DNA from: Pedosphaera sp.
GTDB lineage: Bacteria > Verrucomicrobiota > Verrucomicrobiia > Limisphaerales > SXTU01
Length of the DNA: 42,130 bases
Reading direction: 5' to 3'
Assembly: GCA_043731805.1 (NCBI GenBank)
Contig: JAYTIO010000293.1
Span: 1 to 42,130, forward strand
The notes beneath the pieces are model-generated. The model saw nothing but the letters and a program-made list of their open reading frames with translations. It did not search any database and had not been told where the DNA came from. Every line of letters begins with the position of its first letter. Position 1 is the stretch's first letter. Made by a program: the position numbers and the translations under genes. Below are positions 23,894 to 33,500 of this stretch, piece after piece.

Positions 23894-26103
23894 AACAACA
23901 CTCTTTTCTCGGGATAGAATTTACCTTCCTTCGCAGCCAAATCTTTCAGCAGCCCGCACGGGTCGAAGCGCGTCTCGCCTTCGTCCACCACCTCGTTCAT
24001 CGCGCGCACGACGTTCGCCAAGCCCAGCGTGTCCGCATGACGCAGTGGGCCACCCCGGAACGGCGCGAAGCCCGCGCCCATAATCATCGCGAAGTCCACG
24101 TCCTCGGGGCCGCTGACAATGCCTTCCTCCACGCAGCGCGCGGCCTCGTTGACCATCAGCAACACCATGCGCAGCGCGAGGGCCGTGCGGTCGAAGTTCG
24201 CGGCGGAGTCGTCCTTCACGTAGCGCTCGGCGGCTTTGCCCACGACGGCTTCCTTGCCTTGGTGGCGGTAAAATCCTTCGCCCGACTTGCGCCCGAGATG
24301 ACCGCCTTTCACCAGCTTGCTGAGAACTTCCGGCACGGCCATGCGCCGGTGGTAATGGCTCGCGAGCGTCTCGGCCACATGCAGGGAAACGTCCGTGCCG
24401 ACTTCATCCACAAGGCGCAGTGGGCCCATCGGCATTCCGAAGTCGAGCATCGCCTCGTCGAGGTCCTTCACTTCCGCGCCGGCCTCGAAGAGCCGCGCCG
24501 CCTCGATGAGATACGGCATCAGCACGCGGTTCACGACGAAGCCGGGGCTGTCCTTCACGAGCACGGGGAGCTTGCCCATCGCCTGCACGAACTTCAGCGC
24601 GCGCCGCGTGACCTCGGGATCGGTGCGCGGCGTGTGGATGACCTCGACGAGCTGCATCCGATGCACCGGGTTGAAGAAGTGAATGCCCACGACGCGCTCG
24701 CTGGCGCAGAGACTCTCGGCCAACTCGGTGACGGAGAGGGCAGAGGTGTTCGTAGCGAGAATCGTGTCCGGCCCGGCGAGTTGCTCCAGCTTGCGGAAGA
24801 TGTCTTTCTTCAAGTCCATCCTCTCCACCGCCGCCTCGATGATGACATCGGCGCGGCGCAGCGAAGGCAACTCGACGACCGGAGAAATCTTATCCATCGC
24901 CGCGCGCGCCTCGACGGGGGTGAACCTGCGGCGCTTCACGCCATCCGCGAAGAGCTTGGCGATGGTGGCCATGCCACGCCCGACGGCGTCGGTGTTGATG
25001 TCGCGCAGCATCACGGACACTCCGCGCGCCGCGAGCCATTGCGCGATGCCCGCGCCCATCACGCCCGCACCGATGACGGTGGCATGCGCGACGCGCGCCA
25101 GGCCAGGTTTCCCGCTTGTCTTGCCGTCGAACGTCAACTTCTTCGCCCGCTCCTGGAGGAAAAAGATGCGAATCAAGTTCTTCGCGGCTTCCGTCTGCGC
25201 GAGCTGGCAGATGGCATCGGCCTCCAGTTTCAACGCGCGTTCCTCGGAGCAGCCCACGCCGAGCGTCACGACTTCGAGCGCTTTCAGCACGGCGGGGTAA
25301 TGGCCACGCGTCTTCTTGAAGAGCTTCGGCTGGGTCCACATGGAGATGAGATTCGCGGCGAAGGCGTTGTTCGTGGCCTTCATCGCAAGCGGGGTGGAGC
25401 GACGCGGCTTGCGCCCGGCCTTCGCGACCTTCGACAGCGCGACGACGAGCAAGCTCTCGTGCGGCACGAGGTCGTCGACCAAGCCGAGTTTCAGTGCCTG
25501 TTTCGCGCCGACGGTCTGGCTGGCGAGGATGAGGTCGAGTGCCGCTGGCAGGCCGATGAGGCGCGGGAGCCGTGTGCTTCCGCCCCACGCAGGCAGGATG
25601 CCGAGCTGCACTTCGGGAAGGCCGAGCTTCGTGGCTTTGTCCGGCGTGGCGAAGCGGAAGTCACAGGCGAGACAAACCTCAAAGCCGCCGCCCAAGCACG
25701 CGCCGTGAATCGCGGCGGCGGTCGGCAGCGGGAGCGCGGCGAGCCGGCTGAAGACGCGCTGGCCGAACTCGACCATCTCGCGCAGCACGTTCATGGGCGC
25801 GGTGGAGAGCGAGTGCAGGTCTGCGCCGGCGATGAAGATGCCGGGCTTCGCGCTGGTGAGCACCACGCCGCGCAGGGTGGAGTCGCGTTCGATGGCGTCG
25901 AGGTGGGCGTTCAACTCCTCCAACGTGGCGCGGTCAAAGATGTTCGCAGCGCAGTCGGGCCGGTCGAAGGTGAGGACGGCGATGGAGTCGGCGGTGACTT
26001 CGCGGCGGAGGTTCTTGAACTCGCGTGGCGTGGGGTCGGGTTGGGGGGCGTTCATCACGTCGAGTTTGAGTTGCTCGGGTGCGGGTAGGATTGCAGTGCT
26101 CAT
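23890..26103 (-). CDS. bifunctional enoyl-CoA hydratase / 3-hydroxyacyl-CoA dehydrogenase (FadB/FadJ type)
   Basis: I trim the 950-aa track ORF to the ATG at complement 26101..26103 (MSTAILPAPEQ...). That ATG overlaps the thiolase stop (ATGA) and has GGAGG upstream. The crotonase part is VLTFDRPDCAANIFD..GIFIAGADL. The HADH Rossmann motif is VIGAGVMGAGIAQWLAARG. Confidence 0.9.
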   Translation of the reverse strand: MSTAILPAPEQLKLDVMNAPQPDPTPREFKNLRREVTADSIAVLTFDRPDCAANIFDRATLEELNAHLDAIERDSTLRGVVLTSAKPGIFIAGADLHSLSTAPMNVLREMVEFGQRVFSRLAALPLPTAAAIHGACLGGGFEVCLACDFRFATPDKATKLGLPEVQLGILPAWGGSTRLPRLIGLPAALDLILASQTVGAKQALKLGLVDDLVPHESLLVVALSKVAKAGRKPRRSTPLAMKATNNAFAANLISMWTQPKLFKKTRGHYPAVLKALEVVTLGVGCSEERALKLEADAICQLAQTEAAKNLIRIFFLQERAKKLTFDGKTSGKPGLARVAHATVIGAGVMGAGIAQWLAARGVSVMLRDINTDAVGRGMATIAKLFADGVKRRRFTPVEARAAMDKISPVVELPSLRRADVIIEAAVERMDLKKDIFRKLEQLAGPDTILATNTSALSVTELAESLCASERVVGIHFFNPVHRMQLVEVIHTPRTDPEVTRRALKFVQAMGKLPVLVKDSPGFVVNRVLMPYLIEAARLFEAGAEVKDLDEAMLDFGMPMGPLRLVDEVGTDVSLHVAETLASHYHRRMAVPEVLSKLVKGGHLGRKSGEGFYRHQGKEAVVGKAAERYVKDDSAANFDRTALALRMVLLMVNEAARCVEEGIVSGPEDVDFAMIMGAGFAPFRGGPLRHADTLGLANVVRAMNEVVDEGETRFDPCGLLKDLAAKEGKFYPEKRVLL

Positions 26104-27395
26104 AACGCCTCCAGCCAGATGGCCGCGCCCTGGCCGCCGCCGACACAGACGGACACGAGCGCGCGTTTCAGGTTTTGCCGCTTCAATTCCTTCAGGCTCG
26201 CCAGCACGAGTCGCGCGCCGGTCGCGCCGACGGGGTGGCCGAGGGCGATGGCCCCGCCGTTCACGTTGAGCCGGTCGCGGCGGATTTCGCCGACGGGACT
26301 GGAGCGCCCCAACATCTTCTTCGCGAATTGATCCGACTCGCAGCACTTGAGCACCGCGAGCGTCTGCGCGGCGAAGGCCTCGTTGATTTCGATGAGATCG
26401 GCGGCGTTCACGGCGAGGCCGGTCTTCTCCTCCGCCTTCGCGATGGCATACACGGGGCCGAGGCCCATACGCGTAGGGTCGCAGCCGGCGTAGGCGTAGC
26501 CGAGCAACGCCCCGATGGGCGTGAAGCCCAACTCGGCGGCGCGCTCCTCGGTCATCACGAGCAAGGCAACCGCGCCGTCGGTGATTTGCGAGGCGTTGCC
26601 GGCGGTGACGGTGCCGTGGTGGCGGTCGAAGACGGGGCGCAGCTTCGCGAGAGCTTCCATCGTTTGCGATTCGCGCACGCCGTTGTCGGCGACGATGGGC
26701 TTGGTGCTTTTGCCCGAGGCCAATGTAGGGAAGACAGGGCAAATCTCTTCGGCCAGCTTGGCTTTGGCAGCGGCGGCGCGCTGGTGGGATTCGAGGGCGA
26801 AGGCGTCTTGCTCCTCGCGGCTCAGGCCGGACTCGCGCGCGAGCAACTCGGCGGTGTCGCCCATGTTCATGCCACAGACTGGGTCGGTGAGGCCGAGCTG
26901 GAGGGTGATGCGGGGCTTGAAGTCGGCGGGGCGGAAGGCGGTGAGGGCGGAGACTTTTTCGAGGAAGGATTTCGCGCGGCTAAGTTTGGCGAGCTTCTCC
27001 GCAGCGGTCTTCGTGTAGAGCAACGGATAGTTGCTCATGCTCTCCGTGCCGCCGACGAGGAAGATGGAGCCGCGCCCGGCGGTCATCTTCTCGTAAGCCT
27101 GCGTGAGCGACTCCAGCCCAGAGGCGCAGTTGCGATGCACGGTGATGGCCGGGACGTGCTCGGGGATGCCGGCGCGCAGGGCGATGACGCGCGCGACGTT
27201 CGCGGCGTCGGCGGGCTGGCCGACACAGCCGAAGATGACTTCGTCAATCAGCGCGGGGTCGAGGCCGGTGCGGGTGAGGAGGGCTTGGGTGGCGATGCGA
27301 CCGAGTTCGTCCGCGCTGAGCGCGGCGAGGTCGGTGCCCATTTTGCAGAACGGCGTGCGGACGCCGTCCACGATGACGAGGCGAGAAGTGCTCAT
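26100..27395 (-). CDS. acetyl-CoA C-acyltransferase (3-ketoacyl-CoA thiolase)
   Basis: 431 aa. Thiolase motifs are TVHRNCASGLESL (active-site Cys), NVNGGAIALGHPVGATGARL and CVGGGQGAA. AAAGGAG lies upstream of the ATG. Confidence 0.92.
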   Translation of the reverse strand: MSTSRLVIVDGVRTPFCKMGTDLAALSADELGRIATQALLTRTGLDPALIDEVIFGCVGQPADAANVARVIALRAGIPEHVPAITVHRNCASGLESLTQAYEKMTAGRGSIFLVGGTESMSNYPLLYTKTAAEKLAKLSRAKSFLEKVSALTAFRPADFKPRITLQLGLTDPVCGMNMGDTAELLARESGLSREEQDAFALESHQRAAAAKAKLAEEICPVFPTLASGKSTKPIVADNGVRESQTMEALAKLRPVFDRHHGTVTAGNASQITDGAVALLVMTEERAAELGFTPIGALLGYAYAGCDPTRMGLGPVYAIAKAEEKTGLAVNAADLIEINEAFAAQTLAVLKCCESDQFAKKMLGRSSPVGEIRRDRLNVNGGAIALGHPVGATGARLVLASLKELKRQNLKRALVSVCVGGGQGAAIWLEAL

Positions 27396-28912
27396 GCGGG
27401 CTCCTTTCTAAGCGGACTGGCCGCGACAGGCACGCTGTTCTTCGGGCGATGGTCCACGAGCTTCTGTTCCTTGAGCTGCACGCCGACGCCTTGGAGGTCG
27501 CGCATCTTCTCCGCGCTGTGGAACGCGATGCGGTTCGGGGAAATCTCGCAACGCGTCGCGAGTCGGGTGCGGAGGTCGTGGATGAGATGGTCGTCGTCGG
27601 CTCCGTTGATTTTCTGGACGTGCAGGACGAGCTCGTCCACTTCGAGTGGGTCGTCGTGCAGCTTGCGCAGTTCAATCTGCCAGGCGCCGACGTTCGGGGC
27701 GTCGTCGAGGACGTGCTCGAGCTCGTTGAAGTCCACGAGCGTGCCCTTGATTTTGTCGAGCTGGACTTCCTTGAAAGCGGAGCTGCGCGAGACTTTGCCG
27801 ACGAGTCGCGGGAGCTGGCGACCGCAGTGCGGGCAGGCCTCGTAAGTCAGACCGCCATCAATGTAGTCGCCAGTGCGGTAGCGCAGGACGACTGTGCCGC
27901 GCGAGTCGAGCGGGGTGAACACAATCTCGCCGGGCTGGCCGTTCGCGACGGGTTCGCCAGTCTTCGGGTCCACGACCTCGACGACGCCGAGGTCGGGGTA
28001 GAGATGGTAGCCGGAGGAGGGTTCATCCACCGGCACGGGGCATTCGGCAAAGGCCATCTTCGCCTCGGTGAAGCCGTAGGTCGTCACCACGTCGATTTCG
28101 CGCGCGCCAAGTTCAAGGGCGAGGTTGCGGAGTTTCAAGCGCATCCCGTCGGGCACCTTCTCGCCGCCGAGGACGATGCGCCGGAGGTTTTCGCAGCGGA
28201 CGCCTTCCTCCGCCGCTTGATGCAAGACGTGATAAACGAAGGTCGGCATCCCGATGAGCACGTCGGGGCGAATCTTGCGGAGGAAACGAATTTGGCCCTC
28301 GGTGCCCATGACCTTGCCGCCGCCGGTGCTCGCGGTGAACACACCGAACGCCGTGCTGCCGTAGTGCGCGAGCCAGAACGCCAGGTGCGGCGCGTAGGGG
28401 AACATGTTCAGGAGCTTGTCCTCGCGCCGCGCGCCGCACACGCCGAAGACGCGCTCGCCGGCGAGTTGGAGATTCGCGAGGTCGTGGTTCGTGTAGAGGA
28501 AGGGCACGGGGTCAGCGCTGCGGCCCGTGGTGCTCGTGAGGAAGATGGGGCGGAACTCGGACTCGAAGCCTTGCGCGACGTGCTCGCGACCGTGGAGCAA
28601 GGCGCGGAGGATGGAGGAGGGGCGGCGCGAGAGGACGTTGCGGTCGGGGATGAGGAGGAAGTCGCGAGCCTTCTGCGGATTGTCCGGCGTGTTGAGCAGG
28701 TCAGCCTTGCTGGTGAAGGGCAGGCGGCGCAGATCGTCGAGCGAGCGGAAGTCGGCTGCGGTGAGTTTCAACTGGCGGAACAGCTCGCGGTAGTGGGCGG
28801 AGAAGGGCAGCACGGTGTCGCGCAGCCAGTGGTGCAGGCGCTCGGCTTGCAGCGCGCGGACGGTGGCTTCAGGCAGCCGCTGCCAGTTCGTGGTGAGGAG
28901 TTTGGTGCTCAT
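27392..28912 (-). CDS. PaaK / coenzyme F390 synthetase-family adenylate-forming ligase
   Basis: 506 aa. The N-terminus is family-typical (..LPFTSKADL). The P-loop-like segment is LTSTTGRSADPV, followed by TTYGFTEA, LRYRTGDY and CPHCGRQLPRLVGKVSRS. The ATG overlaps the thiolase start region by ATGA. An AAGGAG SD lies inside the 3' end of the patatin gene. Confidence 0.85.
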   Translation of the reverse strand: MSTKLLTTNWQRLPEATVRALQAERLHHWLRDTVLPFSAHYRELFRQLKLTAADFRSLDDLRRLPFTSKADLLNTPDNPQKARDFLLIPDRNVLSRRPSSILRALLHGREHVAQGFESEFRPIFLTSTTGRSADPVPFLYTNHDLANLQLAGERVFGVCGARREDKLLNMFPYAPHLAFWLAHYGSTAFGVFTASTGGGKVMGTEGQIRFLRKIRPDVLIGMPTFVYHVLHQAAEEGVRCENLRRIVLGGEKVPDGMRLKLRNLALELGAREIDVVTTYGFTEAKMAFAECPVPVDEPSSGYHLYPDLGVVEVVDPKTGEPVANGQPGEIVFTPLDSRGTVVLRYRTGDYIDGGLTYEACPHCGRQLPRLVGKVSRSSAFKEVQLDKIKGTLVDFNELEHVLDDAPNVGAWQIELRKLHDDPLEVDELVLHVQKINGADDDHLIHDLRTRLATRCEISPNRIAFHSAEKMRDLQGVGVQLKEQKLVDHRPKNSVPVAASPLRKEPA

Positions 28913-30569
28913 AGGATGGCTCCTTGCGGTTCACTAATTTTTTGATGTCGGCGAGGTTCTCCTCGGCCACGCGGCGACCGAGGGAAATGTATTTCATGGG
29001 ATTGGAGAAGTCGTGCCAGCGCGAGTCGCACGCGAGCGGACGGAGGACAACGTCTGCCTGACGGCAGGCATCCTCGGCGGCCCGAATCTGCCCGCCAATG
29101 ACGGCGCGCTGGGTGACATCGAGGATGTTGCCGTAGGCGAAATAGTTGATCTGCCGGTTGAGCAGGCGGAGGAAATCGAAGCGGCTGCGCTTCACATCGA
29201 CTTGCTCGCGCTCGTATTCGCGAGTGCAGCGGAGGAAGGCGGAAGTGGGAATGATGTTAACCGCGATGACGTGCTCGATGCCCGCCTCGCGCAGCACGTC
29301 CACGGGCAGCGGGTCGGAGATGCCACCGTCAATGTAGGTCTCGCCATTCAGTTTCACGGGAACGAAGACGCTGGGAATCGCGCAGCTCGCGTGGACGGAA
29401 TGGGACACTTGGCCAGTGCTGAACACGATGCGTTCAAGCGTGTCGAAGTGCGTCGTGACCACGCGGAGCGGACGCGCGAGTTGTTCGAAGCGCACCTCGC
29501 CGATGCTGCGCTCCAGCCGTTCGCGAATCGCACGACCATGAATGAACCCCCGGCGCGGCGGGAACGCGGGGTCAATCAACTTGAACAAGCCCCACTTGCC
29601 CTCCAACTCGCGGGCCTTGCGCTCGAGGAACTGGCCGTCGTGCCCGAAGGCCCACAACGCGCCGATGTAAGCGCCCATGCTCGTGCCGGCGATGACATCC
29701 ACCTCGATGCCGTTCTCCTCGAGCACTTGCAGCACACCGACGTGGGCGAGGCCTTTCGCACCGCCGCTGGACAGCGCGAGGCCCACGCGGCAGCGGCCGA
29801 TTTCGCGCGCGAGCCGGCGCAGGTCGAACTTGAACGCCACCGGCCACACGCCGCCGCAGTGCGAGTGGAGGGAGTCCATCGTGGCGGGCGACTCGTGGAG
29901 GTTCAGGTGCGCAGGCTGGCCGATTTGCTTGATAAAATCCTCTGCCGGCTGCGGCACCTCGTCGTGCTCCAAGCAGAGCACGAGTTTCAAATCCGTCTTC
30001 ACGCCGGTGCGCGCGGCGCGCAACTCGCGGTCGAGCTGATTGAACTCGAAGAGGCTGTCCACCGTTTGCTGCGCGAGCACGTAGGTGGCGGAGGACCGGC
30101 CCGCCGCCTCGGCGAGCGCCTGGCGCGGGGCGTCCGCATCCACGTGGACGAGGACGTGACTGAAGTGCCGGGCGCAGTGACCGAGGAAGGCGGAGAGGAA
30201 CTGTGACTCGGAAGAATGATTCGTCACCCGCAGCGCGAGCCGGTCGAAATTGCCGAGATGCTGTAGCTTGTCGGCGAAGGCAAACCCGGTGTTCGGCAGC
30301 GAGTGGAGCGGGCTCCAGACCTTCGCCGTCGCATCGGCCTCCGATGGAACGAGGAGCAGGAGCAGCACGCGCTCGCCGGTAACGGACTCCAGCATCTCGG
30401 CGAGCGACTCGGCGACGAGACGGTCCGGGACACGGCGGGAGGCGGTGGCGAGGGTGGTGAGACGACCGGAGCGATTGAAGACCGCTTGCGGCGGACGGGC
30501 GAGCGAGGAGAGGAGTTCTGACCTTCGCTGGTCCCACACGGATTTTTCGTTTGGATGCGACGCAGGCAT
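28869..30569 (-). CDS. patatin-like phospholipase with a ~255-aa uncharacterised N-terminal domain
   Basis: The oxyanion motif is GLALSSGGAKG, the GxSxG nucleophile is AGTSMGA and the catalytic Asp is in IDGGISDPLP. These all lie in the C-terminal ~310 aa. I recognise no family in the N-terminal part. Confidence 0.85.
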   Translation of the reverse strand: MPASHPNEKSVWDQRRSELLSSLARPPQAVFNRSGRLTTLATASRRVPDRLVAESLAEMLESVTGERVLLLLLVPSEADATAKVWSPLHSLPNTGFAFADKLQHLGNFDRLALRVTNHSSESQFLSAFLGHCARHFSHVLVHVDADAPRQALAEAAGRSSATYVLAQQTVDSLFEFNQLDRELRAARTGVKTDLKLVLCLEHDEVPQPAEDFIKQIGQPAHLNLHESPATMDSLHSHCGGVWPVAFKFDLRRLAREIGRCRVGLALSSGGAKGLAHVGVLQVLEENGIEVDVIAGTSMGAYIGALWAFGHDGQFLERKARELEGKWGLFKLIDPAFPPRRGFIHGRAIRERLERSIGEVRFEQLARPLRVVTTHFDTLERIVFSTGQVSHSVHASCAIPSVFVPVKLNGETYIDGGISDPLPVDVLREAGIEHVIAVNIIPTSAFLRCTREYEREQVDVKRSRFDFLRLLNRQINYFAYGNILDVTQRAVIGGQIRAAEDACRQADVVLRPLACDSRWHDFSNPMKYISLGRRVAEENLADIKKLVNRKEPSYEHQTPHHELAAAA

Positions 30570-30699
30570 TGCCGGCTTTCTGAGCGACGGCTGCCGCGGA
30601 ACTATCCACGTCCTAACCTAAGCGGCCCTTTGGCCGGTCGTCGCTGCCACTGAAGGCTGAGTTGTTTGTGTTGCCCATTCTGTATCTCTGTCTGAGGCC

Positions 30700-30727
30700 A
30701 ACGTAACGCAGAAGTCGTGCCGGTCAA
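30700..30727 (-). promoter_or_regulatory. candidate sigma70-type promoter for the patatin operon
   Basis: The minus strand reads TTGACC-16 nt-TACGTT, about 130 nt upstream of the patatin ATG. It sits in a locally AT-richer spacer. This is a pattern match only. Confidence 0.2.
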
Positions 30728-30781
30728 ATTTGAGAAGGTCGGGGGCCAAGGCTCGTAACGAAACTGTCGCCGCGCTCCTAG

Positions 30782-32422
30782 CTACTTCTTCGCCTTCTTC
30801 CCCGCCTTGCCGGCGCCGACTTGTTCCGGGTCGCTGAAGGGCGGGTGGTCGAAGGTGCTGCCGTCGCCGGTCACGCGCGGGTCCTTCGCGTCTTGGAGCA
30901 GTTTCATCAGGCGTTCGGACTGCGCGCGCTTCTGCGTCGCGAAGGCCGGGTCGGCGGCGAGGTTCTTCACTTGGTCGGGGTCGTTCTTCAAATCATAAAG
31001 CTCCTCGGCGGGGCGCTTGGCGAAGGCGAGGTCGAAGTGCCACTTCCACTGCGCCTCGTGCTGGTGCGCGATGAGCCAGGTCTTCGTCGGGCTGGCGTCC
31101 ATGTCGGGGAAGGCGGCGCGCGTGTTGTTCCCTAGGTCCTTCAGGTCCGGCGTGGACTCGGCGGCAGAGTAAGGCGCGCCCATTGGCCAGCGGTCGGGCG
31201 CGAAGTTGCGGATGTAGAGGAAGTCCGGCGTGCGCAGGGAGCGCATCGGATACGGGAGGTTGCCTTCGCGCGCCGCGCCCACATGACGCTCGCGGCCCGC
31301 CACCACCCAGTCACGGCTTGCGTCCACGAGGCCGGCCTTGTCCGACTTGAACAAGGGTAAGAGGCTCTTGCCGTAGAGCTTCTCGGGCGGTTTCACACCG
31401 CCGATTTCAAGGAACGTTGGCATCAAGTCCGGTAGGCGCACGAGGTCAGTGACAACACGGCCCGCCTTGCCGCCGGGCCAACGCACCACGAGCGCGACGG
31501 CCGTGCCATGGTCGTAAAGGTTGCACTTGCCGCTGGTCACGCCGGGCATGCCGTGGTCGCCGCTCAGAACGATGACGGTCTTCTCCAGTTCGCCCGCTTC
31601 CTCAAGCCGTTTCATCAGCCCGCCGACGTAGGCATCCACTGCCTGGCACTCGCCGAGGTAATCGGCCACGTCCTCGCGGATTTCCGGCACATCGGGCATG
31701 AACTTCGGCAGCTTCCCCTTCAGCGCGTCCGGCTCGATGCCCCAGAGTTTCTTCCCGCTGCCCTTGACCCACGAGCGATGCGTCGTGGTCGTGCCCATCC
31801 AGTAATGCCACGGCTGCCCCGGCTTCCGCGCGGCGAGGAAGTCATCAAAGTTCCCCCGCACCTGCGCCAGGATTTCCTCACGTGCGGCGGCGACCGCCAT
31901 GCCCTTCGCCACGCGCGCGGTCATCTCCTCGGAGAAGTTGTTACACGCGTTGCCGGCCTTCTGATACGCGTAAGCCTGCCCGCCGAAGCCCGCGTCCGCC
32001 GGCGTGCCGGGACTCCACACCTTAAAACTCTTGCCGATGTGATACCCCGCGTCGCGCAGCAGCAGCGGGAAGGTGGGAATCTTCTCGTCCCACACCGCGC
32101 CCTGAAGAATCGCGCCGCGGCCGGTCTGGAAAAAATACCGCCCCGACAGTAGCGAACTCCGGCACGGCGTGCAGCTCGGCGCGTTGACGAAGGCATTCTT
32201 GAACAGCACCCCCTCGCGCGCCACGCGGTCCACGTTCGGTGTCTGGACCACGTCGTTGAGGGTCGGGCGGCCATCGAGGCTTTTGTAGCAACTCGCGTAG
32301 CGGCCCCAGTCGTCAGCGAAGACGAAGAGGATGTTCAGACGCGGCGCATCTGCGGCGAAGGTGTGAACCGCGAAGCCAACCAGCCCGGCCAGCAGCGTGA
32401 ACGCGCGAATCGTGTTACTCAT
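30782..32422 (-). CDS. Cys-type sulfatase (arylsulfatase family), secreted
   Basis: The signal is [23 protein letters not shown]. Motifs are [22 protein letters not shown] (C-x-P-x-R formylglycine motif) and [10 protein letters not shown]. Confidence 0.9.
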   Translation of the reverse strand: MSNTIRAFTLLAGLVGFAVHTFAADAPRLNILFVFADDWGRYASCYKSLDGRPTLNDVVQTPNVDRVAREGVLFKNAFVNAPSCTPCRSSLLSGRYFFQTGRGAILQGAVWDEKIPTFPLLLRDAGYHIGKSFKVWSPGTPADAGFGGQAYAYQKAGNACNNFSEEMTARVAKGMAVAAAREEILAQVRGNFDDFLAARKPGQPWHYWMGTTTTHRSWVKGSGKKLWGIEPDALKGKLPKFMPDVPEIREDVADYLGECQAVDAYVGGLMKRLEEAGELEKTVIVLSGDHGMPGVTSGKCNLYDHGTAVALVVRWPGGKAGRVVTDLVRLPDLMPTFLEIGGVKPPEKLYGKSLLPLFKSDKAGLVDASRDWVVAGRERHVGAAREGNLPYPMRSLRTPDFLYIRNFAPDRWPMGAPYSAAESTPDLKDLGNNTRAAFPDMDASPTKTWLIAHQHEAQWKWHFDLAFAKRPAEELYDLKNDPDQVKNLAADPAFATQKRAQSERLMKLLQDAKDPRVTGDGSTFDHPPFSDPEQVGAGKAGKKAKK

Positions 32423-32439
32423 GACGCGACGATAGCGAA

Positions 32440-33385
32440 ACTACCCGCCGGAGCGCAGCGGAAAACCAGGCTTGAGAATCAGCGTTTGACTTCCGTTGTG
32501 CGAAACCCGCTCCACGCGGCTGTAATCCAATGAGCAGGGGACTTCCAAAATCACCTGCGCGCTCTAGCCGTCGGCCCGGGGCAGCCCTATTTCCGTCGTG
32601 GGGGACCGCGAAGCCCGCGCGCCGCAGGTCGCGCTCATAGCCCGCCAGCGGGAAGAACTTCGTGGTGAGCGTGTGTGCGCTGGGCGGCTTGCCCGCGAGC
32701 GCGCCGCCGGCGAAGACGCGAATGGCGAGCCGTGCTGGCTGGGGCGGGCGCGGCTCCGTCCAGCCGTCGAAGCAGCCGGAGTCTGGCCCTGCCGCGCACA
32801 GGTTCAGGTTCACCTGCAGGGCCGCCCACGCGTTGGCCGCGAGCACTGCTCGAAGCGACTCCGCGTCGCCCAGGCCAGTCAGCCCGAGGTGGTGGACGAG
32901 GCCTTCCATGCGGAGTTGCTCGAAGGCGTCGCGCACCCCACCGGGGCGCAACACGTCGGCGGGCGTGAGCGAAGTGGGCTGGTCGCCGCGCTGACGGGTG
33001 AGGGAGTTGTGGAGTTGCAGCAGGGTGACGGAGTTCACGCCGAGCCGTTGCAGGCCCCCCTCCACGGAGGCGCGCACGGCCCCGGGCACGTCGCTGAGTT
33101 GCTCAGCGGTGAGGCGGACCTTGGTGTGGCGAGGCGCGCGGCGCTGGCCGCGCCCAGTTCGCGGAGGGCCCAGCCGAGGTTCGTTTCGGATGCGCCCTGG
33201 CCGTAGGTCGCCGCCGTGTCGAACCAGGCCAGGCCCAAGGCGAGCGCGCGGTGGATCGTCGCGAGTTGGCGTTCGCGGGCTGCGGCGTCGGTCATCAGCA
33301 TGGAGACCGGCCCGGCCCCAAAGACGAGCGCGGGCAGGCGGAGCGGACCGGGCGCAAGGCTGAGCGGGAGGCTCATGTGAACCAT
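32440..33385 (-). pseudogene. aldo/keto reductase remnant with at least two frame disruptions
   Basis: The N-terminus is in the frame of track ORF 33035..33385 (..LGLAWFDTAATYGQGASETNLGWALRELG). It continues in the frame of ORF 32415..33416 (TKVRLTAEQLSDVPGAVRASVEGGLQRLGVNSVTLLQLHN...IRVFAGGALAGKPPSAHT..KFFPL). The frame switch is at the gtgtg run near 33124..33128. The C-terminal family-like signal is split between two frames, with an in-frame TAG in one of them. Confidence 0.65.
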
Positions 33386-33500
33386 CGTAAGGGAAGTGTC
33401 CAGTGCCCGCGTTCATCCGGCGTCAACGGGGCGATGGTGAGGCTCCCCCCGCTGAAGATTCGGGCTGTTCGACGGGCGGAAGGTCTGCTACGAAAGGCTT

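Noticed and set aside
23890-26742. 950-aa version of the hydratase/HADH ORF, and likewise the long N-terminal versions 39043..40389, 1831..2823, 6400..7398, 10853..12211, 12313..13722, 15486..17219, 40287..41300 and 41254..42129.
   Set aside because: The N-terminal extensions overlap the upstream gene or intergenic DNA and are Arg/Pro-rich nonsense. In each case an internal ATG gives a proper signal peptide or family-typical N-terminus, several with an SD or an ATGA overlap.
28869-30569. Patatin as a CBASS-type (CapV-like) defence effector.
   Set aside because: There is no cyclic-oligonucleotide synthase, no E1/E2/JAB genes and no other defence genes nearby. The gene is translationally coupled to beta-oxidation genes instead.
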